Of a stretch of DNA of 64,000 bases, positions 50,816 through 60,923 are shown piece after piece. The position numbers were made by a program, and so were the translations under genes. Numbering within the stretch: position 1 is the stretch's first letter; every line of letters begins with the position of its first letter. The notes beneath the pieces are model-generated. The model was given only the letters and a program-made list of their open reading frames with translations, made no database searches and was not told the DNA's origin. Source of the stretch: an uncultured delta proteobacterium. GTDB lineage: Bacteria; Desulfobacterota; RBG-13-43-22. Location of the stretch: assembly GCA_963802945.1 (NCBI GenBank), contig CAWDKY010000016.1, positions 32,001 through 96,000 on the forward strand, in the 5' to 3' direction.

Positions 50816-50931
50816 GATGATTCATTCCTCTATCAAGGTCATTCGAGAGAGAACAGCAATCTTAAGTTGTTCATGACCAGGATATGGCCTGGACATTCCA
50901 CTGTTTCCACTTCAAACTTTTAGGAAAGAAA

Positions 50932-52125
50932 TTAAGGGGTCACCTCCAGAAAACTTTCTAAATATTTCACCTGCCCCTTCCCGACAATCTCACTGTACGG
51001 TACGGGAACCGTCATATGGTTCTTAATGCCATAAGTTTTTTCACCACTGGCCCGCAAAGGAGTTTTATGAAAACTACGAAATTCCATAGTCCGGAGGACC
51101 TTGAGGATCGCATCAGAATCAAGGCTTTGAGCCTTCTCAATAGCCATCAAAAGGATATGGGGTCCCATAGAATAGGCCGTGTCCGTGGTTTTCATATTAG
51201 GACATTGCTTTTCATAATATTTTTCCTGCTCCACACCCAAAGGGTTATTTTCCTCAGGGGAGACCATGATGCCTACAAACCCTTTGGAGGCTTCAACCCC
51301 GGCGATATCCTGCCATTTTTCCAGGTCACCGGGCATGGAGGTTGGATAACCGATACGCCCCTTGTACCCCAGTTCTCGCGATTGTTTCACGATCAAGGCA
51401 GCCGACCCCGGAGGTACTTTCAAATGTAAATAATCCGGATTAGACTTTAAAGCTTTACTTAAGAAAGGATAAAAATCTTTTGTTCCGGGAGGAACAAGAA
51501 TAAAGTCTTTTATGGTCAACCCCCTTTTCTTTTCATTTTTGAGAGCCCCCTCTTTGGAAAGTTTCGCCACCAGGTCATCGGTAAAAATATACAAGACACT
51601 CTTACAGTGAAACTTCTCCCTCATCAGAGAGCACAAGGCTTCACTTCTTTCCTCGTCACTAGAGGCCACTCTGAAAAGATAAGGCCACTCCGGTTTTGGA
51701 TTCCAGGTCGGCCCCCCGATAACGGCCAGTTTTTTTTCTTTTGTGGATAAGGGAGCCCAACCCGAAATCGATTCGGCCCCGAAAGAACCCACCAAAAAAT
51801 CAACCTTGTCGGAATAAATAAGCTTTTCAGCCGCTGCCCGTCCCCCGGCCACGGTATATTTGTCGTCGGCAAAAACCATTTCAATCTTGTAATTTTGCCC
51901 TTTGACCGTAACCCCTCCCCGGTCATTAAAAAATTTTTGCAGGGATTCCATGGTACATTTGGTGTTCAATCCCCATTGAGCGGCCGGTCCGGTCAAGGGG
52001 TTGATGACCCCCAATTTGAGGATATTACTTTCGGCCTGTAGGGAGTAAACGGCTCCCCACCCCAAGATAAAGGCCCCGATGAACAACCCCCCCATTACCT
52101 TCAAGAAAAACTTTCTTCCTGCCAT
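50932..52125 (-). CDS. Periplasmic substrate-binding protein (LivJ/K-like, type 1)
   Basis: Signal peptide, KLGVINPLTGPAA, DDKY, AIEKAQSLD. Confidence 0.88.
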   Translation of the reverse strand: MAGRKFFLKVMGGLFIGAFILGWGAVYSLQAESNILKLGVINPLTGPAAQWGLNTKCTMESLQKFFNDRGGVTVKGQNYKIEMVFADDKYTVAGGRAAAEKLIYSDKVDFLVGSFGAESISGWAPLSTKEKKLAVIGGPTWNPKPEWPYLFRVASSDEERSEALCSLMREKFHCKSVLYIFTDDLVAKLSKEGALKNEKKRGLTIKDFILVPPGTKDFYPFLSKALKSNPDYLHLKVPPGSAALIVKQSRELGYKGRIGYPTSMPGDLEKWQDIAGVEASKGFVGIMVSPEENNPLGVEQEKYYEKQCPNMKTTDTAYSMGPHILLMAIEKAQSLDSDAILKVLRTMEFRSFHKTPLRASGEKTYGIKNHMTVPVPYSEIVGKGQVKYLESFLEVTP

Positions 52126-52358
52126 GACCCCCTCCTTGAATTTTGATAAGGTTAAGGCGTAATAATCGAAACGCTTCCCCAAAAGTTGACTTTATTTTTC
52201 CCCATCCTGGTTTCCTTGAGGAAAATGATGCCACCTCTGCTCTCCAAATCGATCGGCGATTCTTTGCCTTGAGAAAAAAACATGCCCCTGCTTTTTAAAT
52301 CAAGACTTTGAAAAGCAGAGTTAATAGAGTAATGGAATTGAATTTGGTTACTATACAT

Positions 52359-52973
52359 CTATTTCCAGAGCTCGGTTACAGCTCCGGAAGGGGGAGGTGT
52401 TATCACCCATAAATTCTTTGTCCCCTGGTCTCCGACTACTTCCCATCGATGAGGAAGAGTAGAAAAAAAATGGAGGCTGTCTCCTTTTTTCAAAGAAAAA
52501 ACCTTCCCGTCGATTTCATAATTTATTTCCCCTTGCAGGCAGAATATGAATTCTTCACCTGGATGGATTTCTGGTTTGGCGGAGCTTTTCGTTCCCTTTT
52601 TGAGATGGGCCATCAGGGCCAACATTTTCCCTTGCTTTAAACGAAGGGCCAGGTATTTTATCTGCGTGGTTCCAGAGGTATTTCGAAAGGCTTTTCCTTT
52701 TTTTTGTGGGAGGTATTCAACATTATCGACGTATTCGAAGTCGCCGTTATGTTCTTCTAAAAAATAACCGACCTTCTCTTCTAAGGCATCGGCGATTTTC
52801 AACATTACGGTAACCGTCGGGGTCATTTCACTGCGTTCGAGTTTGTGGATGGTCGTCACTGAAACCCCGGCTATTTCAGCCAACTGATTTAAAGACAGGC
52901 CTTTTTGTTTTCTAAGATGGGCTATTTTGTCGCCTATCGAGGAGACGATTTGATCAATAAATATTCCTTTCAT
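52359..52973 (-). CDS. XRE-family regulator with cupin domain
   Basis: LRKQKGLSLNQLAE HTH; HPGEEF, GDSLHF, PHRW. Confidence 0.9.
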   Translation of the reverse strand: MKGIFIDQIVSSIGDKIAHLRKQKGLSLNQLAEIAGVSVTTIHKLERSEMTPTVTVMLKIADALEEKVGYFLEEHNGDFEYVDNVEYLPQKKGKAFRNTSGTTQIKYLALRLKQGKMLALMAHLKKGTKSSAKPEIHPGEEFIFCLQGEINYEIDGKVFSLKKGDSLHFFSTLPHRWEVVGDQGTKNLWVITPPPSGAVTELWK

Positions 52974-53055
52974 ATTATCCTATGGATTATTACCGCCCTC
53001 ATAAATTATAGTTTATATTTTTATAAATTATATTTTAGGTTGTCAAGAAATAATT

Positions 53056-53525
53056 CAGCCGCCCTGACCGGGCAGCAGGGCATTGGCCTCTTCGATCATT
53101 TTCTCGATCAAATCGGCTGCCGGACGGATTTTCCGGATTAATCCTGCTGCCTGACCCAGACCCCGTCTCCCAGCACCTGCATCCGACTCCAAGGTATTCA
53201 TAATTCCCGGGCGGTCTTTTTCCAGAAATTTTTTGGCTTCCCTGAAGAAAAGTCCTTAATGATCGGGTGAGCCGTTTTATCTCCCCGGATCAGGGTGGTA
53301 TCCGTTTCTCTGGCCAGCACAAGCATCTCTTTGAAGGCCGGAGAGATTTCACATTTTTCGACAGCCAGAAAGGCCGTGCCCATCTGAACCCCGGCGGCCC
53401 CCAGGGCCAGGGCCTTAGCCAATCCGCGTCCGTCCCCGATGTCTCCCCGCGGCAATAACCGGCCACTTCAACGTATCCACCACCTGGGGGACCAGCACTA
53501 AGATGGAAATTTTTTCCCTGCCGGT
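53056..53525 (-). pseudogene. Nitronate monooxygenase/FabK-like C-terminal fragment
   Basis: DGRGLAKALALGAAGVQMGTAF; frameshifted, N-terminus missing. Confidence 0.65.
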
Positions 53526-53553
53526 CATTCCGCCGTAGGCACCAGTAAATCTT

Positions 53554-53823
53554 TTAATTTAGGGGTGCCCCCCCTTCTTCCAGACGGGAAAGAATTCCCT
53601 GGATGATTCCCCCCTGAGTTTTAGGATCACAAAAGCTGAACATGACCTGGGAAAATTGGGTTTGCAAACCGCCCAGGCAGCCGAATCCCTCGATTAAAAC
53701 GGTCTTGGCCCCATTTCGTCCCGCGGCCAGGGCGGCCCCGATACCCGCCGGTCCACTACCGACCACAATCACATTCGCTTCAAAGAAAACATCGACTTCC
53801 TTCTGAGGTTGCCGAACGTTCAA
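53554..53823 (-). pseudogene. FAD-dependent oxidoreductase N-terminal fragment
   Basis: VIVVGSGPAGIGAALAAGRNGAKTVLIE.FGCLGG, stops after 89 aa. Confidence 0.65.
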
Positions 53824-54262
53824 CCCGCGAAAAGATGATTGCCATTGCCGACAGTTATTTTGAAGGCATTGAACCGAACACTGGTAAATTTGTTCCCTTT
53901 CACCCCGATTGCAACCAGACGGCCAACGGACAGAAAACTACCACGGTCCGGTCCCACTTGGTTGTAAGGAACAATTCGATAAAAAAATCTTTGTTTATAT
54001 CACCAGAGTAAGAAACCGCCGCTATTTAATCGTTGATGAAGAAAGAGGTCTGCTTTTTAGGATCTTTATGATGGATGTCCTCGGGAAGAAGGAGGATTTT
54101 GCCACCTTTCCCTTTCTCATGGATACGCTCCCGGCCTATATGTACATGCCGCATACCATATTCCTGGTCAAACTTTTTAAAATCGTAAGCGGTCAGATAC
54201 GGGAAATCGAGGCTTTAATGGTTAACATCCCCCTGGGGGCCTCCTCCGGCTGGCCGGATTGA
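53823..54262 (+). pseudogene. C-terminal fragment of a conserved hypothetical protein
   Basis: REKMIAIADSYFEGIE...PFHPDCNQTANG then a frameshift into RVRNRRYLIVDEERGL...FKIVSGQIREIEA. Confidence 0.5.
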
Positions 54263-55349
54263 GTGAGAGTAGATCCATTCCAGAATCCTCTTGGCCGCCA
54301 CCTGAGCTCCATCGGTCCTGAGCCTGGATTGACGCGCAGGCTGCCGGATAAGTCCTTCCAAATAAGATCTCCAATGGCCGGAATATAATTTTTCTTTCGG
54401 CATATAACAACAAGGCAAATACTTTTTAATGCCTTTGACCAGGATCGGATATTCCGGGAATTCTCCTCGATCGGAGTAAATCATCGGGGTACCATGAGAC
54501 AGACAATCGGCCAATATTCCATATCCGGGTTTGGTGATCACAAAATCAGCGGCACAAACCAGGTCGGTAAAAGAAATCCCTTGTTGCTCGACCCTTTTGA
54601 AAACCGGTGATTTCCAGTCTAACGGATATTTAATTAAAAACAGATAGTCCGGAGATAGCCGCCCGATCTTTTGAATTGCCCGTTCCTGTAAATCCAAACC
54701 GCTAAAACCGATCAATCCGATTTTACGGTTCGGGGGAAGATCAAGAGTCTTGCGGACCTGGGCTTTTCCCTTCTTGGATCTCCTGGCCACCAAGGGAATG
54801 TCCTCAATTTTTTTAAAGGCCTCCATTTCTCCGTAGAAAGGAAGACGCAATAATAGTGCCCCTTCCCGGTAATAACTTCGGATGATCTCAGCCAGGAGAA
54901 ACCACTCCGGATCCCTTTTGACCATAAAAAGAATAGATCCAGTCCCAGGAGAAATTACTTATACCGACCGACGGCAAGCCCATTCTCCCGGCAGCGGCTA
55001 TGGGGATAAAGGGGATATCGCAAACTATCCCGGAAATACCCCGGGCTAAAAAAAATTCTTGCTCCTTGCTTATCAGTTCCTCAGCCGAAGCCAGCAATTT
55101 TTTTACACTCTCTTTTGTTTTTTGGAGATTAAAGCGGACATTATCTATTTGATCCAGGCCCACATCAAGGCTTTCTGGCAGTATCTCGACCGGGCGAGAC
55201 AACCCCTCCTTAAATAAAAAAGCCGGGGTAATTGTTTTGATGATGAGCTTACAACCCAGACGAAGTAATTCATTGATAATTTGAATAGAGCGGACAGCAT
55301 GGCCATAACCATGCCCAGAGAGGTAATAGACTATTTTTTGAGAAGACAC
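54215..55349 (-). CDS. GT-B glycosyltransferase-like protein (L-arabinokinase N-terminal-like), frameshift near 54925
   Basis: YYLSGHGYGHAVRS, ISNFSWDWIY, VITKPGYG, FPEYPIL; start approximate. Confidence 0.7.
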
Positions 55350-55518
55350 GAAGAATCTTGCAAAATAAAATGCGAATATTTCATTTTTTTCAAAATTGTA
55401 TAATCCATCCAATTATGATATATAAACAAAAACTACGAAGTGTCTCAAAATTATTTCGAACAAGAAAAAATTTATTCATTAAGGATTTGCTGGGAATCAA
55501 CGATTGACCCCGATAAGA

Positions 55519-55914
55519 TCACTGAGAAATAATTTTGATCAATACCTTCCTGGTTCTTGGACCGTCGAATTCACAAAAGAACAGGGATTGCCAATGCCCC
55601 AGGATCAGACGCCCGTTTTCAATCATTACTGAAACCGAAGAACCGATTAGGCTGGACTTGATGTGTGCCGGCGAATTCCCCTCACCATGACGATAAGGTC
55701 CTTTGAACGGAACCAGTTGGTTAAGCATTCTCAGGATGTCTTCCTGAACATCGGGGTCAGCTCCTTCGTTAATCGTAATTCCGGCTGTTGTATGAGGGAT
55801 AAAAACCAAGGCCAGCCCATCCGAGACTTGGGTCTTTAAGATCACTTCTTCAATTTTCCCGGTTATGTCCAGGAACTCCGTTTGTTGTGAGGTGGATATC
55901 GATAAGGTAATCAT
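55519..55914 (-). CDS. yjbQ: YjbQ/UPF0047 family protein
   Basis: PHTTAGITINEGADPDV, HGEGNSPAHIK, EFDGPR. Confidence 0.92.
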   Translation of the reverse strand: MITLSISTSQQTEFLDITGKIEEVILKTQVSDGLALVFIPHTTAGITINEGADPDVQEDILRMLNQLVPFKGPYRHGEGNSPAHIKSSLIGSSVSVMIENGRLILGHWQSLFFCEFDGPRTRKVLIKIISQ

Positions 55915-55978
55915 CAGACCTCCAATCCCTGAATTCCGAAATTCTTTGTTAAATGCCTTCGGTTTTTTTTCGAAGGCA

Positions 55979-57214
55979 TTACTTTCCTTTGACCCAGGAA
56001 GGAATGATGATCCCCCCTTCGGTCTTTTGTTCTTTTTGTTCGGGCGCAAGATCATCGTTGGTATTTTCCGTTAATAGGGCCGTTTCTATCAACCAAAGCA
56101 AGAAAGGGTTTTCTTTACCTGGCGAGGGTCCTTTTTCCTGATCCAGGGTGCTTGCCCAATGGAAAAGATGTTCGGCTTCTTCCTTTTGTCCCTTGAGATA
56201 ATACAAATAGGCGGCTTCTTCCAGATAACGAAAGAGACCTGTCCGTGTCTCCGGCGGGAACAATTCCTGAACCGCCCGGTCAACCACAGCCTTAAGTCGC
56301 TCTCTTTTTTGAATCTCATTTAGGATCAAAAGGCTTGTCCGGATCTCTTCAACGGCCATGAGGTAGGTTTCCAGAATTTTGGGCTCGGGAAGTAAATAGA
56401 CAATCTCCGGTATCCTAGTCAACAAACGAACGTCCAGAGAAAGAGGTTGAATCGGTTTTTCTGTTGCCAAAAGAGACCGGATAATAGGGGATTGTCCGAC
56501 CTTCTTTTTCCCCTCCAGAAAGCTGGTGATTCCCGAATAGACCCCTTCTTCCTCGTTGGATAATTTGGAACGTCGATCATGGGCTTCCTTCAAGACAAAA
56601 ACCGCATGTCCGAAATCAGCTTCTAAAAAGGCGTGACCGGATTGAGTTTCCAGGTCCGCCAAAATGTTCTTAACCCCTCTTTTACTGACCTCTAAAGCTG
56701 TAAGGCTTTCCAGCCCTTCGCTGCTGATCAAGGAAAAAAGAAAAAGTTGTCCTTTCGCCGGCCTGGGGATTAATAAAGCTATCATTTGATTTTTTAACCC
56801 ATCAAATTCCGAAAGATAGCCCACGGCCTGAAATGGTTCAATCTTTTTCAAGATTCCCCCCTCTTTTTCCGAATGCTGATCAGGGGAAGGGGGAGACTCA
56901 ATCCCTTTTTGTTTCAGCAAGTAGAGGGTCCTTTTGATCCCTTTCTGAATCGACTTTGACCGGATCCTTCGGTTGAGATCAAGTAGGAACCAAGGGGAAA
57001 AAGGTCGCTTATGGGAAGTTATTTTTTGCAGAAAAATATCGGCCAGGGCAGGATTATCATCTAGTTCCCAGGCCAGAGTATTTATGATTTCCTGGGTTTC
57101 AGGTTTTGATTTCTCGGTTTCCCGGAGCTGTTTGAATACCGTTTCTGCTCTTTCTATAAGCTGCGGGTTGAAAGTATCTTTTTTAGGCAACTGAGGTTTT
57201 AAATTCCCGGGCAT
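55979..57214 (-). CDS. Hypothetical protein
   Basis: 411-aa ORF with a plausible helical sequence; C-terminal GGIIIP. Confidence 0.7.
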   Translation of the reverse strand: MPGNLKPQLPKKDTFNPQLIERAETVFKQLRETEKSKPETQEIINTLAWELDDNPALADIFLQKITSHKRPFSPWFLLDLNRRIRSKSIQKGIKRTLYLLKQKGIESPPSPDQHSEKEGGILKKIEPFQAVGYLSEFDGLKNQMIALLIPRPAKGQLFLFSLISSEGLESLTALEVSKRGVKNILADLETQSGHAFLEADFGHAVFVLKEAHDRRSKLSNEEEGVYSGITSFLEGKKKVGQSPIIRSLLATEKPIQPLSLDVRLLTRIPEIVYLLPEPKILETYLMAVEEIRTSLLILNEIQKRERLKAVVDRAVQELFPPETRTGLFRYLEEAAYLYYLKGQKEEAEHLFHWASTLDQEKGPSPGKENPFLLWLIETALLTENTNDDLAPEQKEQKTEGGIIIPSWVKGK

Positions 57215-57459
57215 AAATCCTATTCCTTAAAAAAATCAGAAGTTGCAACAGAGTTAAGAGATAAAATAAAATTTAACTTTTATTTTGTCATGCTTACTCT
57301 TTACTTGTCCATCAAAAAATAGTTTTATTGAAGGGGCTGGTTCTTCTTTTTTCATCGGAGTTGCCTTAGGCTACTCGGACAAGAAAACGCCTGCCAATCG
57401 GCATCGAATTAGGTGGGGGCCATTGGAAAATTGGGTTACTTGGATTTAGTCTTTGTAGC

Positions 57460-57533
57460 TTAAAAACAAAAGCCAACCTTTTCAGGTTGGCTTTTATACT
57501 AAGGAAAGGAGATAAAGAGATTTATTTTCTTGC
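57460..57533 (-). ncRNA. Candidate sigma54-dependent sRNA (~70 nt)
   Basis: Lies between a -24/-12 promoter and a terminator; no ORF; contains UCUCCUUUCCU. Confidence 0.5.
57468..57495. terminator. Bidirectional Rho-independent terminator
   Basis: AAAAGCCAACCT-TTTC-AGGTTGGCTTTT. Confidence 0.8.
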
Positions 57534-57543
57534 TAATTTAATA

Positions 57544-57560
57544 TGCAAATCCAATGCCAA
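57544..57560 (-). promoter_or_regulatory. sigma54 (-24/-12) promoter
   Basis: TTGGCATTGGATTTGCA: GG-10 nt-GC spacing. Confidence 0.7.
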
Positions 57561-57656
57561 AGAAAAAGAAGGCCAAGTGTTTTTTATAATATAATGATTT
57601 AATTTAGTAAATTGAATATCCCCTGTTTCTCCAATAGCCTTCCCCCGCCTCCTTTA

Positions 57657-57748
57657 GTAAAAATATTTTTACCAAAAAGTGGCTGTCGTGGATTGTCTAT
57701 AAGTAACATATTGGATTTATTAATAAATACCAGTAGAATATTTTTTAC
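57657..57748. promoter_or_regulatory. Two candidate enhancer-binding-protein sites
   Basis: Perfect palindrome GTAAAAATATTTTTAC (57657-57672) and variant GTAGAATATTTTTTAC (57733-57748). Confidence 0.45.
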
Positions 57749-57754
57749 CACCTT

Positions 57755-58969
57755 TTAATCCTTTAATAACATCTGGTTGACCAAATTATATACATCGGCC
57801 ACTAGGATGCTTTGAAGACATTTGTTGTCCCGGCAGGGGGAGTTTCGATGATTATAGGCTGTCAGGCAGGGTGAGCAGGGAAAATCAGCATAGAGAACGT
57901 GGGTGTTTTTCCCCAAAGGCGAATATAGCCGTGGAGTCTCCGGACCGAAAAAGACAAAATTCTTAATAGCCGTCAAGGATGCAAAATGGGCTGGGCCGCT
58001 GTCATTGGTGATCAAGAGATCGGAGAAACTGAATAAATCCATCAATTCGGGAAAGGTGGTTTGGCCGGTAAACTGGATACATCGCCTATTATTCAGGCCT
58101 TGCTGCACTTTTTTTGTGGTCTCCTGATCGGCTTCGGCCCCTATGAGAATGATAACGTTTCGAGGATTGGTTAAGATACGTTTTCCCAATTCAATGTATT
58201 TTTCAACCGGCCAGGCTCGAATGGGAATTTCACCGGCACTGGGATTGAAAATAATCAGCTGGCTTCCTTGACTGATTTCCGGACAAATCGCCTGTAGTTT
58301 TTCCCGCAGACGTTTCATCCCGGATTCCGAGGCTTGATAGGAGGCGGTCTCGATGGCTTGATCCAGGATGACATCTTCCATGGCCGGCCAGTCTTTTTTG
58401 GGATCGTTTAATACCCGGGTAAAGGATAGAAACGATTTACTGATATGCTGCTGGTAATTATATTGGATCCGGTGGGTATGAAGATGGCCGCGATAGAGGC
58501 CCTCCATACGGTATTTATGGAATCCAATCCGAATCGGGGCAGCGCTTAAATAGGTCAATAGGGCCGTTATCCGGGTGAATAATTCCAGATCAAAAACGCA
58601 ATCCATCTTTTCCTTGTGAATCCTGACCATCACCTTCAGGAAATCGGCTAAAAAAGAAAAAAGGGATTTATCCCTAATGACGAAGACATTTTTCTCAGGC
58701 ATTATTTTCAGAATGTCAACGCTGGCCCGATTTTTTTCAAAAATTAAAAAAAAGAGTTCGGCAGAAGGATTTTCTTTTTTAAGAGCCTTCATGGCCGGAT
58801 AGGCCAGGATGGCGCTTCCCATCTCCGAGAGTTCTATGAAAAGATATTTTTGGGGTGATCGGGGAGGTTTTCTGGCCAGGGGCTTCAAAAAGAAACTGAC
58901 TATAGTCAATAGCCAACAGGCCGGAATACCGGCCCAATAATCAATTTTTCTTACTTGGTCAACGTTCAT
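57755..58969 (-). CDS. Glycosyltransferase family 9 (heptosyltransferase-like)
   Basis: ELSEMGSAIL, IRAWP, ITNDSGPAHFA, FFGPE, CSPC. Confidence 0.88.
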   Translation of the reverse strand: MNVDQVRKIDYWAGIPACWLLTIVSFFLKPLARKPPRSPQKYLFIELSEMGSAILAYPAMKALKKENPSAELFFLIFEKNRASVDILKIMPEKNVFVIRDKSLFSFLADFLKVMVRIHKEKMDCVFDLELFTRITALLTYLSAAPIRIGFHKYRMEGLYRGHLHTHRIQYNYQQHISKSFLSFTRVLNDPKKDWPAMEDVILDQAIETASYQASESGMKRLREKLQAICPEISQGSQLIIFNPSAGEIPIRAWPVEKYIELGKRILTNPRNVIILIGAEADQETTKKVQQGLNNRRCIQFTGQTTFPELMDLFSFSDLLITNDSGPAHFASLTAIKNFVFFGPETPRLYSPLGKNTHVLYADFPCSPCLTAYNHRNSPCRDNKCLQSILVADVYNLVNQMLLKD

Positions 58970-59076
58970 AGGTTTTTTTCATTTGTAATCTAAGCCTTGA
59001 TCTCTAAATTAGAGATTCAGGATTACCCCTTTGAAAACTCAAAAAAATAAGACCCCCAAACGTAAAAATGTTAAAG

Positions 59077-60021
59077 TCAAATCTTCTGTTTCTGATATAT
59101 TTTTAAAAAGCCATAACCCAATAGAACCGCAAACCAGATCGTACAAATCCGGATGATGATCGTGGCCGTTGTAGCCAGGGCTTTGGGTACCTGAATCAGG
59201 AGGAGGAGACTGGTCATGCTTCCTTCGGCCGCTCCGATTCCGCCCGGAAGCATGCTTAAGGCCCCGGCCAGGGTGGAAAAGGCGTAAATAAAGGTGGCTT
59301 TAATCCATGAAATCTCCCATCCCAATCCTTTGAAGACGATCTGAAAAGCCAGGCATTCAGAAAACCAGGCCATCATCCCCAGGATGGTAGCCCAAAAGAG
59401 TAATCCGAAACCCATGAGATCATGAAGAGTGTGAAAGGCCTTGGTTAGCGGGGTCTCCAATCGGCGACCCCAAGAAAACCGGCGTAAAAAAAAGAGGAGA
59501 CCGTAAAACACTTTGGGGGAAACCAAAGGCAGCAAGCCCAATACCAAAACCAATAATCCCACCCATAAGATCCGGGATCCGAAGGCGAAGGAGATTCCCC
59601 CCAGCAGGGTTAAAAGATAAACCGCCAAAAGGTCCGTAAACCGTTCGGCCAGGACGATGGGGCCTGAACGGGTCAGCGGGACCTGCTGGCTTTCCTTGAG
59701 CAAATAGGATTTTAATAATTCACCCATCTTCCCAGGGGTCACGGTCATAACCAGGCCGCTCATAAAGATAAAAAAACTCTCTTTCCTGGTCAAAGAAATT
59801 CCCACTCGTTTTAAATAGTATTCCCAGCGCCCAAAGCGAATGAGATAGTTCATAAAGGCCAAGGCTAAAATCAAAGGCAGGGTCCAATAAGAAAAATCCT
59901 TAAAGGCCCCAGTGACCGCTCCCCAGTTCCCATACAGCGACAGACCTAAGAATACCGCAATCCCCAGACCTAGAAAGAGAAAAAAACGTTTCGATAGAAT
60001 GGAAAATTGGGGATCGGCCAT
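59077..60021 (-). CDS. Lysylphosphatidylglycerol-synthase TM/UPF0104 flippase-like protein
   Basis: NYLIRFGRW, TPGKMGELLK, AERFTD, PGGIGAAEG. Confidence 0.85.
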   Translation of the reverse strand: MADPQFSILSKRFFLFLGLGIAVFLGLSLYGNWGAVTGAFKDFSYWTLPLILALAFMNYLIRFGRWEYYLKRVGISLTRKESFFIFMSGLVMTVTPGKMGELLKSYLLKESQQVPLTRSGPIVLAERFTDLLAVYLLTLLGGISFAFGSRILWVGLLVLVLGLLPLVSPKVFYGLLFFLRRFSWGRRLETPLTKAFHTLHDLMGFGLLFWATILGMMAWFSECLAFQIVFKGLGWEISWIKATFIYAFSTLAGALSMLPGGIGAAEGSMTSLLLLIQVPKALATTATIIIRICTIWFAVLLGYGFLKIYQKQKI

Positions 60022-60026
60022 TTTAT

Positions 60027-60923
60027 TTAACGGTAAATGACGACCAATACCGTTATGGTCCAACCCAGGACGGCCAAAAGAAGCGGACGATCAGTCAGCA
60101 GAATTTCCTCGGGTCGGCCGCCTTCCACCTTTTGATGTACCAGATAAAGATAACGGAAAATCCCATAGAGCACAAAAGGCAGGGTAAAAATCAGATTGGG
60201 GGTATGGAACTTGGTTATGGTTTCTTCCGAGATGGTATAAAGGGCATAACTCATCACCGTGGTGGCCGTCACCACAGCCATCATTTGGTCCAAAAGGTAT
60301 GGAGAATATTCTTTTAAAATTCCTCGATGGTTGGAGGCATCTTCTTTAAGGAAGACCAGTTCGTGCCGTCTTTTGGCCATGGCCAGAAACAAAGAAAGGA
60401 GCATGGTACAGATTAACAGCCAATGAGAAAGCTGGACCCCAATCGCGAATCCGCCGGCCACGACCCTTAAAACAAACCCGGCGGCAATGGAAAAGATATC
60501 CAGAATAACCAGGTGCTTTAAATATAAGGTATAGCCAATCTGGAGAAGGAAATAGGCGCCCATGATCTGGGTCAAGGGGATCGAAATCACCCATCCTCCT
60601 AGGAAACTTACAATCAAAAATATGAAAGCAATAATGCCGGCCAGTGATCGGATTCACCCGACCCGAAGCCAGGGGACGATTTCGCTTAATCGGATGCTGC
60701 CGGTCTTCCTTAAAATCTTTTAAATCGTTGAAGATATACACCGACCCGGTCAGGAAGCAGAAAAGGCAGAAGGCTTCCAGAGTCTTGAGGAACAGCGGCC
60801 CATTAATAAATTTTGGGAAAAAAGTAAAGGGGCGAACAAGGCCCCGTTCTTGATCCACTGTTTGGGTCGTAGGGTGAGAAAAAGGTCCTTAAGAAGAGTA
60901 AACGGGTTGTTATTTTTAGCCAT
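60027..60923 (-). CDS. UbiA-family polyprenyl-phosphate phosphoribosyltransferase (DPPR synthase-like), frameshifted
   Basis: LRPKQWIKN, YIFNDLKD.KEDRQHPIKRNRPLASG, GFVLRV, KRRHEL, YGIFRYLYL. Confidence 0.8.

Noticed and set aside
57330-57400. Imperfect long hairpin on the plus strand, possible second sRNA
   Set aside because: Pairing is loose and only a weak promoter-like sequence precedes it
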